From positions 971 through 64,970 of the forward strand of contig MPNI01000010.1 of assembly GCA_002238945.1 (NCBI GenBank): a stretch of 64,000 bases of DNA. Reading direction: 5' to 3'. A program made the position numbers and the translations under genes. This DNA is from Proteobacteria bacterium bin106 (GTDB lineage Bacteria; Bdellovibrionota_B; Oligoflexia; Oligoflexales; Bin106). Shown here piece by piece: positions 48,030 through 58,248 of this stretch. Each line of letters starts with the position of its first letter. The first letter of the stretch is position 1. The notes below the pieces were generated by a model. That model worked only from the letters and a program-made list of their open reading frames with translations. It searched no databases and was not told the DNA's origin.

Positions 48030-49973
48030 TTATTTGAGCTGGTCTACAATGGCCTGATAATCCTCAGCTTTTCCTACCACTTCTTTAGATCCTATAAGAG
48101 CTAATTTGTAATTTTTAAGATACTTTTGAGCTAACTCTTGAATGTCTGTTGGAGTGATTTTGCTAATATCCACAGGATAGTTGATGTAAGAGTTAATGTC
48201 TCTATAATAATGATAATAATGAGCTATATTAGATGCGATAAAATCAGGGGAAGAAGATCGATAATAAAATACAGTAAACTCAAAGTTTCGATATTCATTG
48301 AGTTCATCTCTATCTAATTTTTGGGTTTGAAGCTTTTTGATTTCATCAACCATCAATTGAAGAGCTTTCTTGGTGTATAAGGTGGAAACTTCTAGATAAG
48401 AATGGCCAAGTTCTCCAGCGGAATACACAGCATGGGGAGCATAACTTAGTGAGTGTTTTGAGCGAACACTTTCACCCACTTTTGCATTGAGAATACGGTG
48501 CAGTATGGCAAGACCCACATTGACCTTTGCTGGAGAGCGTTTGCCAGGAACAAGCGATTTAAGTACGGCGTAAGCAGTATCACCTTTTCCTGCATTTTCT
48601 AAATGTTGAACCACAACATCTTCTTTTGATGGCTTAGGGTTTCTTATTGCAATTGCAGCAGATTTGTCTTTGCTATACCAGAAATTTAATTTATCAAAAC
48701 GCGTATTAAGTTTTTGGTCCATATATTTAGCTGGTATAGAAGTTAGAGATATAATTGATGATCGTCTTCCATTAAGAAAGAGACGGTAATAATTGTTCTC
48801 TACTTTTGCCTTGCTGGTGCGTTCAAGAGTTTGTTGCAGTTCCTCGTGAGTGGAGTAATAAGGGTGAGCCATATCATAATAGATAGTGTTAACTAAACTG
48901 TTGACTTGAGTAGACAAGCTACTCTTACAACTACTACTAATAGCGGCTTTAGCATTTTTCACAACTATATCGTATTCTTCTTGATCAAAAGAAGGTTCTA
49001 AGATAACAGAAGAAAATACGTCCAGTCCCTCATCGATATATTCTTTGTCCACAGTCATAGAACACTGCAGCTGAGTAAAAGCATTGCTGCAATTAAATGA
49101 AGGAGAACATGAGAGCGATATAGCATATTTTTCTGTGGCTTCAATAAGCTTTTGTCTAGGATATTTACTACTGCCTTTAGTGATGAGTGCAGCTGCTATA
49201 TAAGGATCAAGACGTGCGTCCTTTGCTAATTCACTGGGGCTTATGTCTATGGAAAATCTCAGATAAGCGATATCAGAATCAATGGTTTTATGAATAGAGG
49301 CTAAGCCAGGTTTTAAAAGCGATACAGTAACACTATCGTCAAATTCATCCATAAACTTTTGAGGAATGCTGATTTCAGGAGTTTTATATTCTGGAGCTTT
49401 CTTTTTGGTCTCCATATCATCACCTGAAGTGGCATCAGCGGATGCTGTCATGTCTTTTGTTGCTTCTTTTGTGGAACTGTTACCGTCTTTCTTGGCTTCT
49501 TTACCTGCCTTAACAGTAGATTGTTTCGCTTGAGGCTCATTTTTTTCTTCTTCGCTGCCAGTACTTGTCTTATCGTTGCTAGCACTGGTTTTATCGCTAC
49601 TAGTACTAGCTTGCTTGGTCTTGTCAGTGTCTTCCTGGCTATTGTCAGCTACTTCAGTGTCAGCTACTTCAGTGTCAGCTACTTCGGCCTTATCTTTTTT
49701 TGTATTCTCATCTACATCTTTTTTTGCTGTTTCTTCTTGGCTAGCTTTAGTACTTTTGGTCTTAGTGTTGTTAGCATTTTGGTCGAGTTTGGTGTAGCCG
49801 TTATTGTCATCTTTCGATGTCTTATTTGATGCTTCATCTGTTGTGTTACCTGATTGTTCTGCTGATTGAGCAGAGCTACATGATACGACCACTGCAAAGA
49901 GAGTCAAAAATATGCTTGTTTTTATCAGCTTGATAAGTCCGTGAGTGGTGTTAAGGTTTCGATAATGTGCCAT
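48030..49973 (-). CDS. M16-like lipoprotein lacking the HxxEH zinc motif, with a Lys/Asp/Thr-rich N-terminal linker
   Basis: Lipobox VVVSCSS. M16-like fold pattern (..ITKGSSKYPRQKLIEATEKYAISL..) with IAAAL in place of HxxEH. The ORF is open to 50018. Confidence 0.55.
   Translation of the reverse strand: MAHYRNLNTTHGLIKLIKTSIFLTLFAVVVSCSSAQSAEQSGNTTDEASNKTSKDDNNGYTKLDQNANNTKTKSTKASQEETAKKDVDENTKKDKAEVADTEVADTEVADNSQEDTDKTKQASTSSDKTSASNDKTSTGSEEEKNEPQAKQSTVKAGKEAKKDGNSSTKEATKDMTASADATSGDDMETKKKAPEYKTPEISIPQKFMDEFDDSVTVSLLKPGLASIHKTIDSDIAYLRFSIDISPSELAKDARLDPYIAAALITKGSSKYPRQKLIEATEKYAISLSCSPSFNCSNAFTQLQCSMTVDKEYIDEGLDVFSSVILEPSFDQEEYDIVVKNAKAAISSSCKSSLSTQVNSLVNTIYYDMAHPYYSTHEELQQTLERTSKAKVENNYYRLFLNGRRSSIISLTSIPAKYMDQKLNTRFDKLNFWYSKDKSAAIAIRNPKPSKEDVVVQHLENAGKGDTAYAVLKSLVPGKRSPAKVNVGLAILHRILNAKVGESVRSKHSLSYAPHAVYSAGELGHSYLEVSTLYTKKALQLMVDEIKKLQTQKLDRDELNEYRNFEFTVFYYRSSSPDFIASNIAHYYHYYRDINSYINYPVDISKITPTDIQELAQKYLKNYKLALIGSKEVVGKAEDYQAIVDQLK
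49644..49688. repeat. In-frame 15-bp tandem repeat gtcagctacttcagt x3 encoding (A/T)EVAD x3
   Basis: Direct reading. Confidence 0.9.
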
Positions 49974-50656
49974 TTGCGCTCCTTGTGATCCTGAAAAATT
50001 AACAGTACTAACTTGCAACTATACAGATGATGGCAACAAGCACCAGGTATATATTGCTAAAAAAAGAATAAGTAATAGGTGTCTTTGATGATTCGAATAG
50101 TCATTTGTTTGATATGTAATGGTTGTCTAGGTGTTTAGTAGAAAATTTGTCTATGTGTGCTTATTTTATTACGCTTGCTTACTAATGCTTACTAGATTTG
50201 TTATATTGTGTTTTTTCGCTGTTCTCTGAAGTTTGAAGGTTCTTGTTAAGGTGTAGCTTGTAAAATTATTGTTATGAGGGTTAGCAGATTGTAAGAAGTT
50301 GTTATAAATAAGTTGTGTGAAATCCGGTGTGTTAGTTTCACACTTTAGCTAAACATACTATATATTTTCTGAGTCAGTGTAAAGGCATAAGTTATAACAA
50401 TAAAAAAGAAAGCCGTAGAGAGGATACATCTGTCAGTGAATGGGGAGTGAGTGGGGTGCTTTGTTATACTGACATGAGGTCTCAGTGAGTGCCAGTGAGG
50501 GGAAAAGATAGAAAGTGTAAAGATGACAGGATTTTGTCTGTATTTTCAGTATGTTCCAGTGTACACATAGATTTGAAAGTTTGCTGTGTTGGATGAGGTA
50601 GTGATATGGGGTTGATGTTTTGGGGCTGATATAAAGCTAGAAAAAAAAGGACTACT

Positions 50657-51613
50657 ATGAGTGATCGTGCACAAGAGGTGATGTTATTTGCTGGTTCATC
50701 TCATTTGCAGTTGGCTAATAAGGTTGCTACACATTTGGATATCCGTTTAGGAAATGCTTTGGTAACCACATTCTCTGATGGAGAAACCCGTGTGGAATTG
50801 CGTGAGAATGTGCGAGGAGCGGATATCTTTATATTGCAATCTACGGGCTATCCAGCAAATCATCATATTATGGAGGCATTGATCATGGCTGATGCGTGTC
50901 GTCGTGCTTCTGCCAATAAAATCACTCTTGTGACTCCCTATTTTGGCTATGCTCGTCAGGAGCGCAAAAATACGCCTCGTACGCCTATTACAGCTAAGTT
51001 GGTTGCTGATTTGATTGAGAAAGCAGGTATAGATCGTTTGGTGGCTATGGAGTTACATACAGGTGCTATCCAGGGATTTTTCACTGTGCCAGTGGATCAT
51101 CTTTTTGTGAAGCCGGTTTTTGTGGAATATCTTCAAAACACTTTATCTGATGATAAACAGGTGGTGGTGGCTCCTGATGCAGGAGGTGTGGAACGAGCTC
51201 GGGCATATTCTAAGTATTTCGGTAATTCTCTTGTGGTTATGGATAAGCGTCGTGAGCGCCCCAATGAAAGTTCGATCCATCATATTATTGGTGATGTGGA
51301 GGGCAAACACTGTTATGTTGTAGATGATATTGTTGATACAGCAGGAACTTTAGTAGCTGTGGCACAATCACTGATGGATCATGGTGCTTTAAGTGTGAGA
51401 GCTGCTATTGCTCATGCGCTTTTAAGTGGTAAAGCTATTGAAAAAATTGAGGCATCTGCTTTAGGAGAGCTTGTGGTATCTGATTCTTTGCCACTTTCTA
51501 AGGAAGCACAGGCTTGTACGAAGATCACTCAACTGTCAGTGTGTGGTCTAGTGGGGGAAGCCATTAAGCGTATTCATAATCAACAGTCGGTGAGTGCCTT
51601 GTTTATAGAATAG
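50657..51613 (+). CDS. prs: Ribose-phosphate pyrophosphokinase
   Basis: FSDGE, VVAPDAGGVERA, PRPP-binding VVDDIVDTAGT. Confidence 0.95.
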   Translation: MSDRAQEVMLFAGSSHLQLANKVATHLDIRLGNALVTTFSDGETRVELRENVRGADIFILQSTGYPANHHIMEALIMADACRRASANKITLVTPYFGYARQERKNTPRTPITAKLVADLIEKAGIDRLVAMELHTGAIQGFFTVPVDHLFVKPVFVEYLQNTLSDDKQVVVAPDAGGVERARAYSKYFGNSLVVMDKRRERPNESSIHHIIGDVEGKHCYVVDDIVDTAGTLVAVAQSLMDHGALSVRAAIAHALLSGKAIEKIEASALGELVVSDSLPLSKEAQACTKITQLSVCGLVGEAIKRIHNQQSVSALFIE

Positions 51614-51660
51614 TTTATAGAATAGTTTATAGAATAGTTTATAGAGTAGTTTATAGAGTG
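51601..51660. repeat. 12-bp tandem repeat gtttatagaRta x5; the first copy contains the last prs codons and its TAG stop
   Basis: Direct reading. Each copy repeats ttt-ata-gaa-tag in the prs frame. Confidence 0.95.
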
Positions 51661-51982
51661 AGAACATAGAGTTTGATTCCAGGTGAATAGGCAAAGGTGT
51701 GCAGCTTTTTGGGCTGATTTCTGCTATGATACGTGGTAATGGATGTAGCTTGTTTGGAAATAAGGAAACGAAAAGATGAGTTGATAAAATGGGAAAAACG
51801 GAGAACTTGCCCGTACATACAGCTCACTCATACATTCACATATACATACAAAAAAACAAAAATAAGTCAAATCAGTAAAAAATCGTAACAACAACATGCA
51901 AAACAAGCAAGCCGAGCTTGGTGTTGTTGATGTTTAGAGACATTAGGGACAAAGATATTTCATATCATAGGAGAAATGACAC

Positions 51983-52402
51983 ATGAATATGTTGACTTCG
52001 GATGCATCAACGGAAGATCCGGTTGGAGAAGGCGTTGCTTTGGAACAAAATCTAGCAACACCTGCAACACATAACAACAATAATAAGGAATCGAGTGTGA
52101 GTGTTGATGTGGCCAAAGAGAAAGAGTTGGTAGTGGAAGCTGTAGTTCGCAAGCAGCTTGGAAAATCAGTTGCTCGCAAATTACGTCGTCGTGGTATGTT
52201 ACCGGCTAATATATTACTTAAGAAGGGATCTCTTCCCATTGAGCTTCATCCAAAGTGGTTAGCAAAAATATGGGGAGATGGTGGACACTTTGTACTGCGT
52301 CTTGATGGAGAAGACAAAAGAGTGCGTATTCATGAGATCCAATTGCATCCTGTGAAGCGTGTGCCTGTACATGTGGATCTGGTTTATTCTCCGACTGCTT
52401 AG
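51983..52402 (+). CDS. rplY: 50S ribosomal protein L25 (short form) with an N-terminal extension
   Basis: The core VVRKQLGKSVARKLRRRGMLPANIL...HPVKRVPVHVDLV matches L25. AGGAGA lies 9 nt upstream. Confidence 0.8.
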   Translation: MNMLTSDASTEDPVGEGVALEQNLATPATHNNNNKESSVSVDVAKEKELVVEAVVRKQLGKSVARKLRRRGMLPANILLKKGSLPIELHPKWLAKIWGDGGHFVLRLDGEDKRVRIHEIQLHPVKRVPVHVDLVYSPTA

Positions 52403-52432
52403 TTGTTTCTATAGAATCAGGAAATATCATTG

Positions 52433-53068
52433 ATGACGCTGATGCTTGTGGGACTGGGTAATTATGGAGAAAAGTTCGAACATACCCGTCATAATGTTGG
52501 TGCTATTCTTTTGCGAGAAATAGTAAGACAACAAGGTGGACAGTGGAGTTCTTTTAAGTCTCAAGGATCATCTGGGCGAGATTCTTTGAGAAGATCTCGT
52601 TTATTTTTTGATAAAAGCCGTGTTAGAGATAAGGGCAAGAAGGTTATAGCCCAGATCAGTGCTTTTTCGATGTTTTCTCAAAAAGTTTTGGCAGTGATTC
52701 CATGTTCGTTTATGAATGAGTGTGGTGCTTTTGTGGCACCTGTACGCGATTATTACCGCGTAGATCCTAAGTCTGTGGTAGTGATTCATGATGATCTTGA
52801 TATGCAGCCTGGTACAATCAAGTCAAAAAAAGGGGGAGGAGGTACTGGGGGGCATAATGGTATACGTTCTTTGCAGCATTCTTTTGGCGATGGGGATTTC
52901 TCGCGTATCAAGATCGGTATAGGTCATCCTTCAGCACTCGTTTCTTCTCGTGGTGTTCTGCAGGTCAGTGATTGGGTGGTTTCGCCTCTATCAGATGAAG
53001 AATTGGAACATATTTGTGGTGCATTAGTGGATCAAGCTACTCATCGTATTGCTCAATTGCTAAGCTAG
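52433..53068 (+). CDS. pth: Peptidyl-tRNA hydrolase
   Basis: LVGLGNYGEKFEHTRHNVG, FMNECG, GTGGHNGIRS. Confidence 0.93.
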   Translation: MTLMLVGLGNYGEKFEHTRHNVGAILLREIVRQQGGQWSSFKSQGSSGRDSLRRSRLFFDKSRVRDKGKKVIAQISAFSMFSQKVLAVIPCSFMNECGAFVAPVRDYYRVDPKSVVVIHDDLDMQPGTIKSKKGGGGTGGHNGIRSLQHSFGDGDFSRIKIGIGHPSALVSSRGVLQVSDWVVSPLSDEELEHICGALVDQATHRIAQLLS

Positions 53069-53433
53069 CTTAGCTCAAAAGTCTTAGCAGCGCTATGGTT
53101 GAAAACTTAACTAAGAGTGCTAGAAGCGAGAAGCTAGACTAAAAACTATAAAGAGAACCATAAGAACTATAATATAAAAAAGACAATAATGTATAAAATT
53201 GTTCATTTGAGTGAAAACACAGAGCGAGACAATGGCAAATGTGGTAGATTAGGCTTGAATATGTGTGTATGTTTGTTTGGTGTGATCCAAATCGTGTTTT
53301 GTGGATGGCTATGAGGCTTACTACAGACAACTATAGAGATAAAGAATCTGTAGTAAACTCTAAGTGGATGTATAGCTGTATTATAAATCTGTATAAACCC
53401 GTATGAGCTTATAACTTATAACAAGAAATGGCT

Positions 53434-53463
53434 GCTGAGATAACTGAGGCTGAGATAACTGAG
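53434..53463. repeat. 15-bp tandem repeat gctgagataactgag x2
   Basis: Direct reading. Intergenic by my annotation. Confidence 0.85.
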
Positions 53464-53612
53464 GCTAAGAAAACAAAAGCAAAGAAAGCAAAAGCTAAGA
53501 AAACAAGAGGAAGCATGCCTGTAACGGTGGTTTCTTGTCATGATAGATGTGTGTGCTTTTGAGAAAACAGAGAGAATGATAAAATCATCGCCAGCATAGG
53601 GAGGTAATAGAG

Positions 53613-54164
53613 TTGCTTAAAGAGTATGAATTTACTGTGATTACTTCAGTACAAATACCAGAAACAGAGGCTAAAGCCGCGCTTAAAAAGTATGAAGATA
53701 TGTTTACTGTTGATGGTGGTCTTGTGGTAGAAAAGGATGAATGGGGTGTGATGCGTTTAGCTTATCCCATAAAAAAACAATTTAAGGGACGTTATGTTTG
53801 CTACAAGCTTGCAACTACGCACACAGCCATTGCTGCAGCTGAAAAGCTTATGCGTATTGATCAGTGCATTTTGCGTTATTTGAATATTAAGCTTGCTGAT
53901 AGTTTTGATCCATCTTCTATCCCTGCTGATTCTGTTTCATCCCCACAAACTGCAGCTAGTTCTGCAGATAGCTCAGCAGCTAGCTCAGCAGCTAGCTCAG
54001 CAGATAATGCGAAAGCTCTTGAGGAGCCAACTTCAGAGGATTCTGAGCAGCCTGTTTCTGCTCCTGATGATAATTCTGCTTTTGGCGAAGAAGTTACAGA
54101 ACTTTATAGTTCTGATAACACAGATACTCATACAGATACTCCTAAAGACACTCCTAAAGAATAA
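53613..54164 (+). CDS. rpsF: 30S ribosomal protein S6 with an acidic/Ser-rich C-terminal tail of about 85 aa
   Basis: An S6-like core (YEFTVI...WGVMRLAYPIKK...GRYV). TTG start with GGGAGG 9 nt upstream. Confidence 0.85.
   Translation: MLKEYEFTVITSVQIPETEAKAALKKYEDMFTVDGGLVVEKDEWGVMRLAYPIKKQFKGRYVCYKLATTHTAIAAAEKLMRIDQCILRYLNIKLADSFDPSSIPADSVSSPQTAASSADSSAASSAASSADNAKALEEPTSEDSEQPVSAPDDNSAFGEEVTELYSSDNTDTHTDTPKDTPKE
53959..54006. repeat. In-frame 12-bp tandem repeat gctcagcagcta x3-4 encoding SSAA repeats in the S6 tail
   Basis: Direct reading. Confidence 0.85.
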
Positions 54165-54326
54165 TTGACGTGTGTATGTGAAAACATGTTGGTATCTGTT
54201 TGTATGAACAGAAAGTGTGAAGAGGGTGTGGATAGAACTAGATGTAATAGAAGAAACAGAAGAGAAAGAAGAGACAGAAGAAAGAGTATGAACAGTGTAT
54301 CTTAAGATAAAATATGGAGAATGTGA

Positions 54327-54836
54327 ATGAAGGTGATTCTCACCGAAGAGGTACGTAAATTAGGCAAAGTAGGTGATGTGGTAGCTGTAAAAAACGGTTA
54401 TGGACGCAATTATCTCATTCCTAGCGGTAAAGCTATTTTAGCTAATGCATCTAACAAAGCTGAGCTTGAGCATCACAGGCGGGTATTTGAGGCGCGTCGT
54501 TTAAAGTTAAAGCGTCGTGCTGAAGATGTTGCTGATGCTTTGCGTGCTGTGGAGTTGAAGTTTTTGAAAAAAGTGGGTGCTGAAGATAAGATTTTTGGTA
54601 CTGTAACCACTGCTGAGGTGATGGCAAAATTGAAAGATGCTGGCTTTGATGTGGATAAGCGTAGTATCAAGTTACCTGCTGATATCAAACATGTTGGTCT
54701 CTATACTGCAGTCATTTCTTTACCTTCTCAAGTGAGTGCTGAGGTACGTATTCATGTGGAAGCAGAAGGTGGGGTTGCCTTGGATGTTTCATCAGAGCTA
54801 GCTACAGAACAATCACAAGATCAAGATAGTGTATAA
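54327..54836 (+). CDS. rplI: 50S ribosomal protein L9
   Basis: MKVILTEEVRKLGKVGDVVAVKNGYGRNYLIP is a canonical L9 N-terminus. Confidence 0.92.
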   Translation: MKVILTEEVRKLGKVGDVVAVKNGYGRNYLIPSGKAILANASNKAELEHHRRVFEARRLKLKRRAEDVADALRAVELKFLKKVGAEDKIFGTVTTAEVMAKLKDAGFDVDKRSIKLPADIKHVGLYTAVISLPSQVSAEVRIHVEAEGGVALDVSSELATEQSQDQDSV

Positions 54837-55047
54837 AGCTGCTTTTATGCAGTGTAGATCAAGCAGATGTTGCCAAATGTTACCAGGCGTGGTAGAGGTA
54901 AATCTGTGTGATTTTGTATGGATTTTGCATAATGTGCTTTGTTTTGAGGAGGCGTTTGTTAGATTCGTGATGATGTATCATCGCCTGTTACCTTGGTTGA
55001 TGGTGGTATTTATGTTTTTCCATCTTCATAGTTGATTACCTTCTTTT

Positions 55048-56571
55048 ATGAAAACACCTCCTTTTTCCACATCTTCTTCTTTAACTCCCACTCCTTCGAG
55101 TCGTTATCAGAGACATTCAGGACGTTCTCGTCAGCAGCAAGGTCAGTCATCACAGGTTAAAGTGCCTTTTTCGGCTCAAGCAGAAAAAGCTTTGCTTGGT
55201 GCTATCTTATCGGATGGTGAATATCTGGTGGAAATAGCCAGTGAGGAGCCATTGTTAGCAGAGCATTTCTTTTCAACCCCTCATCAACACATTTTTCGTG
55301 CTCTTCAGTGGTTACATGGAGGGGGGCATGCCACAGATTTTATATCTGTGTTGGAGGAGTTGAAGAATCAGGAAAAATATCCTTTAGAGATTCGTGATGA
55401 GTATGTGATCAGTTTATTACAAGCTGCACCTATTAGTGAAAATATCCTTTATCATGCCAAGATCATACGTCATACCTATCAATTGCGTCAGATTATACAA
55501 ACCTGTGAACTCACACGTGATCTTGCTGCTCGTCAATCTTATGAGCATATTGAAGGTCTTCTTGATACCCTTGAGCAAGAGATTCTTAAGATTCGTTCTG
55601 AGAAGCTTCGTGGTGGTTTGATAAGTGGTTCTGTGATTTTGGAATCCACGGTTTTAGCCATTGAAAAGCGCATGAGATTGGAAGGTAAGTTACCGGGAGT
55701 GACGAGTGGTTTTTATGATCTTGATAGTATCACCGGTGGTTTTCAGGCATCGGATTTGATTATTTTAGCGGCTCGTCCGGGAATGGGTAAAACCGCTCTT
55801 GCTTTGAACTTTGCATCCGCTGCTTTAAGAGATGAAACAGAGAAGCGGGTGGCTATTTTTTCATTGGAGATGAGCAAAGAGCAATTGATGGAAAGACTGC
55901 TTGCCTCTCAAGGAAAGATTGATTCTTCACGACTCAGACGAGGTGCTTTAAGTGGTGCTAAGGACACGAAAAATCTTTTAGGCGCTGTACGGGATGTACG
56001 CGAGTACACAGAACGTCTTGTGGTAGATGATAGTGCTGGTTTGAGTATAAACGAACTTGGTGCCCGTATACGACGTTATCATCGTGATCAAGGTCTTGAT
56101 TTGGTGATTGTGGATTATCTTCAGTTGATGGTGGGATCGCAAGAAGCGCGTAAACAGGGGCGCCAAAGAGAGGTTTCAGAGATTTCCATGGGTCTGAAAG
56201 CTTTAGCTAAGGAATTATCGGTACCGGTGGTTGCGGTGGCTCAATTGAATCGTAGTCCAGATAGTCGCCCAGATAAGCGTCCTCGTATATCAGATTTACG
56301 TGAGTCAGGCTCTATGGAACAGGATGCGGATTTGATTATGTTTGTTTATCGAGATGAGTATTACAATCCTCATTCTCAATTCAGTGGTCAAGCTGAGGTG
56401 ATTATTGGTAAAAACAGACATGGTCCTTTATCCATGGTCCGTCTTGCTTATTTGCCCAGTTTTGTCTCTTTTCGCAATCTTGTTCTTAGCGAAAAATATT
56501 CTTCAGCTTCTGCAGTGCTTCCTGCCACATCTAAGACTTCAGCTTCTAAAGCTGGCACTGCCAAACAGTAG
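55048..56571 (+). CDS. dnaB: Replicative DNA helicase
   Basis: AEKALLGAIL, Walker A ARPGMGKTALAL, DYLQLM, RESGSMEQDADL. A Ser/Gln-rich N-terminal extension of about 35 aa. Confidence 0.96.
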   Translation: MKTPPFSTSSSLTPTPSSRYQRHSGRSRQQQGQSSQVKVPFSAQAEKALLGAILSDGEYLVEIASEEPLLAEHFFSTPHQHIFRALQWLHGGGHATDFISVLEELKNQEKYPLEIRDEYVISLLQAAPISENILYHAKIIRHTYQLRQIIQTCELTRDLAARQSYEHIEGLLDTLEQEILKIRSEKLRGGLISGSVILESTVLAIEKRMRLEGKLPGVTSGFYDLDSITGGFQASDLIILAARPGMGKTALALNFASAALRDETEKRVAIFSLEMSKEQLMERLLASQGKIDSSRLRRGALSGAKDTKNLLGAVRDVREYTERLVVDDSAGLSINELGARIRRYHRDQGLDLVIVDYLQLMVGSQEARKQGRQREVSEISMGLKALAKELSVPVVAVAQLNRSPDSRPDKRPRISDLRESGSMEQDADLIMFVYRDEYYNPHSQFSGQAEVIIGKNRHGPLSMVRLAYLPSFVSFRNLVLSEKYSSASAVLPATSKTSASKAGTAKQ

Positions 56572-56610
56572 CAGCAGCTTTCACATAAACCGTGTTACAG
56601 CCTGGGCTTT

Positions 56611-56645
56611 TTATCTGCTTATTTTATCTGCTTATTTTATCTACT
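56611..56645. repeat. 13-bp tandem repeat ttatctgcttatt x2.7
   Basis: Direct reading. Confidence 0.9.
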
Positions 56646-56693
56646 CGTACTCAGGCTAGAGTTTATGGTTGGTTGGTTTTTGGATGAATATTT

Positions 56694-57152
56694 TTAGCAA
56701 AATCCGTTGATATCAAGGCCGTAGAATTTGATCTTTTTTGATAAGGTGAGGCGATTGATGCCGAGGATTTTGGCTGCTTGGACTTGATTGCCGCCGGTAC
56801 GTTCAAGCACTTTTCGAATAAGTGGTTTTTCCATTTTACGCATCATCACTTGATGAAGTTTTTCAGGATAGAATCCAGCTACTTGTTGAAAAAACTGTTC
56901 AAATTTGAGCTCAATAAGATCTTCAAGAGATTGATGAGCTAAGGAATGTGTGAGGGTATCTTGATGAGTACTGCTAGGGGCCGTATCCGTCGTGTTTTGC
57001 GTATTGATAGCGCTTTGAGTATGAGTAGATGCTGATGTGGTAGCAGTCGGTGTGAGTTGTGGTGTAAGAAAGGATTGTGATGTGTGTGGTGCGTTCTTCA
57101 CGGCAACAAATCCTAGTAAGTGGCATGACAGTGGTGTGTTTTTTGTGATCAC
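56694..57152 (-). CDS. Fis-type HTH DNA-binding protein with a Thr/Ser/Gln-rich N-terminal region
   Basis: The C-terminus VLERTGGNQVQAAKILGINRLTLSKKIKFYGL matches the Fis/NtrC-type HTH. The start is uncertain (GTG 57152). Confidence 0.6.
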   Translation of the reverse strand: MITKNTPLSCHLLGFVAVKNAPHTSQSFLTPQLTPTATTSASTHTQSAINTQNTTDTAPSSTHQDTLTHSLAHQSLEDLIELKFEQFFQQVAGFYPEKLHQVMMRKMEKPLIRKVLERTGGNQVQAAKILGINRLTLSKKIKFYGLDINGFC

Positions 57153-57506
57153 GTTACAAGTGTGTCATAACATTTTTAGCTGTTTATTATGAAAAGTACA
57201 AGTAGAGTCGGTTATTTGTTTTGTTGTTCTCGTTGTTCTCATTTTGTGATCTCTGCTTTTTATTGACATGCTCTTTTTTGGGTTTAGACTTTTCTAGGAG
57301 TGTGTCAAGCATGTATGTATGTGTTACTTTTCTCAAAAATTTCATCTTAAAAGAAGCTCCACTCTTTTATAAAGATACTTGAATCACTGTAAGAAACAAG
57401 CTTGGAGATGACTTTAAAAAATAGAGAGTGCATGTTTTATGTGCTTTAGTTGATTTATTCTGTGTTTTGGATGAATGTGAAAACAATACTATGAAGGCGG
57501 GGTCAT

Positions 57507-58205
57507 GTGGATATGAAGATGCATGAAGAAGATATGAAGCGGAATGAAGAAGAGAAGCTAGAGCCATCAACTTCAGAGCAGCAACCTCCTCCTTTGCCTG
57601 TTGAGGGTGATGAGATGGAAGCAGAAGATTTAGATGACTCACAAGATACGCAAAATTCTCGTGAAGATACAGCTTGTGAAGATACAGCTTGTGAAGGTAC
57701 AGAAAGCTCTTCTTACGTATTGCTTAAGCAGCAATATGATGATCTTGTTTCTCAAAGAGAGCAAGAAAAAGAGCAGTTTATGTTGTTTCGTGCAGACACA
57801 GAGAATCTGCGCCGGCGGCTTAATCGAGAAAAAACAGAAGCACTGCGTTATGCTTTAGAAGCTTTATTTAAAGAAATACTGCCTTGTTTAGATAGTTTTG
57901 AGCAAGCTCTTAATCAGGATCGTAGCTTGGATGCTGGGGCTTTGTTTCAGGGAGTTGAGCTGGTGCATAAAAAGTTGATGGATATTTTAGGACGCCATGG
58001 CTTGAAGCGAGTTGAGGCTTTGAGTCAAGAATTTGATCCCAATATTCATCAAGCTGTGCGTAAAGAAGAATCAGAGGAGGTATCTTCTGAGGTGGTAAGT
58101 GAGGTGTATCAGACGGGTTATTATTTTCACCAACGATTGCTTCGTGCAGCGGTGGTGAGTGTATTAACGCCTCAAGAGTCCCAAGAGTCTGGGCCAGATC
58201 TCTAA
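57507..58205 (+). CDS. grpE: Nucleotide exchange factor GrpE
   Basis: FRADTENLRRRLNREK, FDPNIHQAV. Acidic N-terminal extension. Confidence 0.9.
   Translation: MDMKMHEEDMKRNEEEKLEPSTSEQQPPPLPVEGDEMEAEDLDDSQDTQNSREDTACEDTACEGTESSSYVLLKQQYDDLVSQREQEKEQFMLFRADTENLRRRLNREKTEALRYALEALFKEILPCLDSFEQALNQDRSLDAGALFQGVELVHKKLMDILGRHGLKRVEALSQEFDPNIHQAVRKEESEEVSSEVVSEVYQTGYYFHQRLLRAAVVSVLTPQESQESGPDL
57663..57702. repeat. In-frame 15-bp tandem repeat gaagatacagcttgt x2.7 encoding EDTAC x2 in the GrpE N-terminus
   Basis: Direct reading. Confidence 0.9.
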
Positions 58206-58248
58206 CTATTCTGAGGCCATAAGATCGTTAACATCTTATGGAACATCG

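Noticed and set aside
49521-49829. Plus-strand ORFs (102 aa, and 73 aa at 49576..49797) with repetitive hydrophobic sequence
   Set aside because: They are antisense shadows of the repeat-bearing linker of the M16-like lipoprotein gene.
53428-53562. A 44-aa Lys/Ala-rich ORF (MAAEITEAEITEAKKTKAKKAKAKK...) upstream of rpsF
   Set aside because: It has no SD. Its sequence is generated by a 15-bp duplication and purine-rich near-repeats, and it ends in unrelated sequence. It is probably non-coding.
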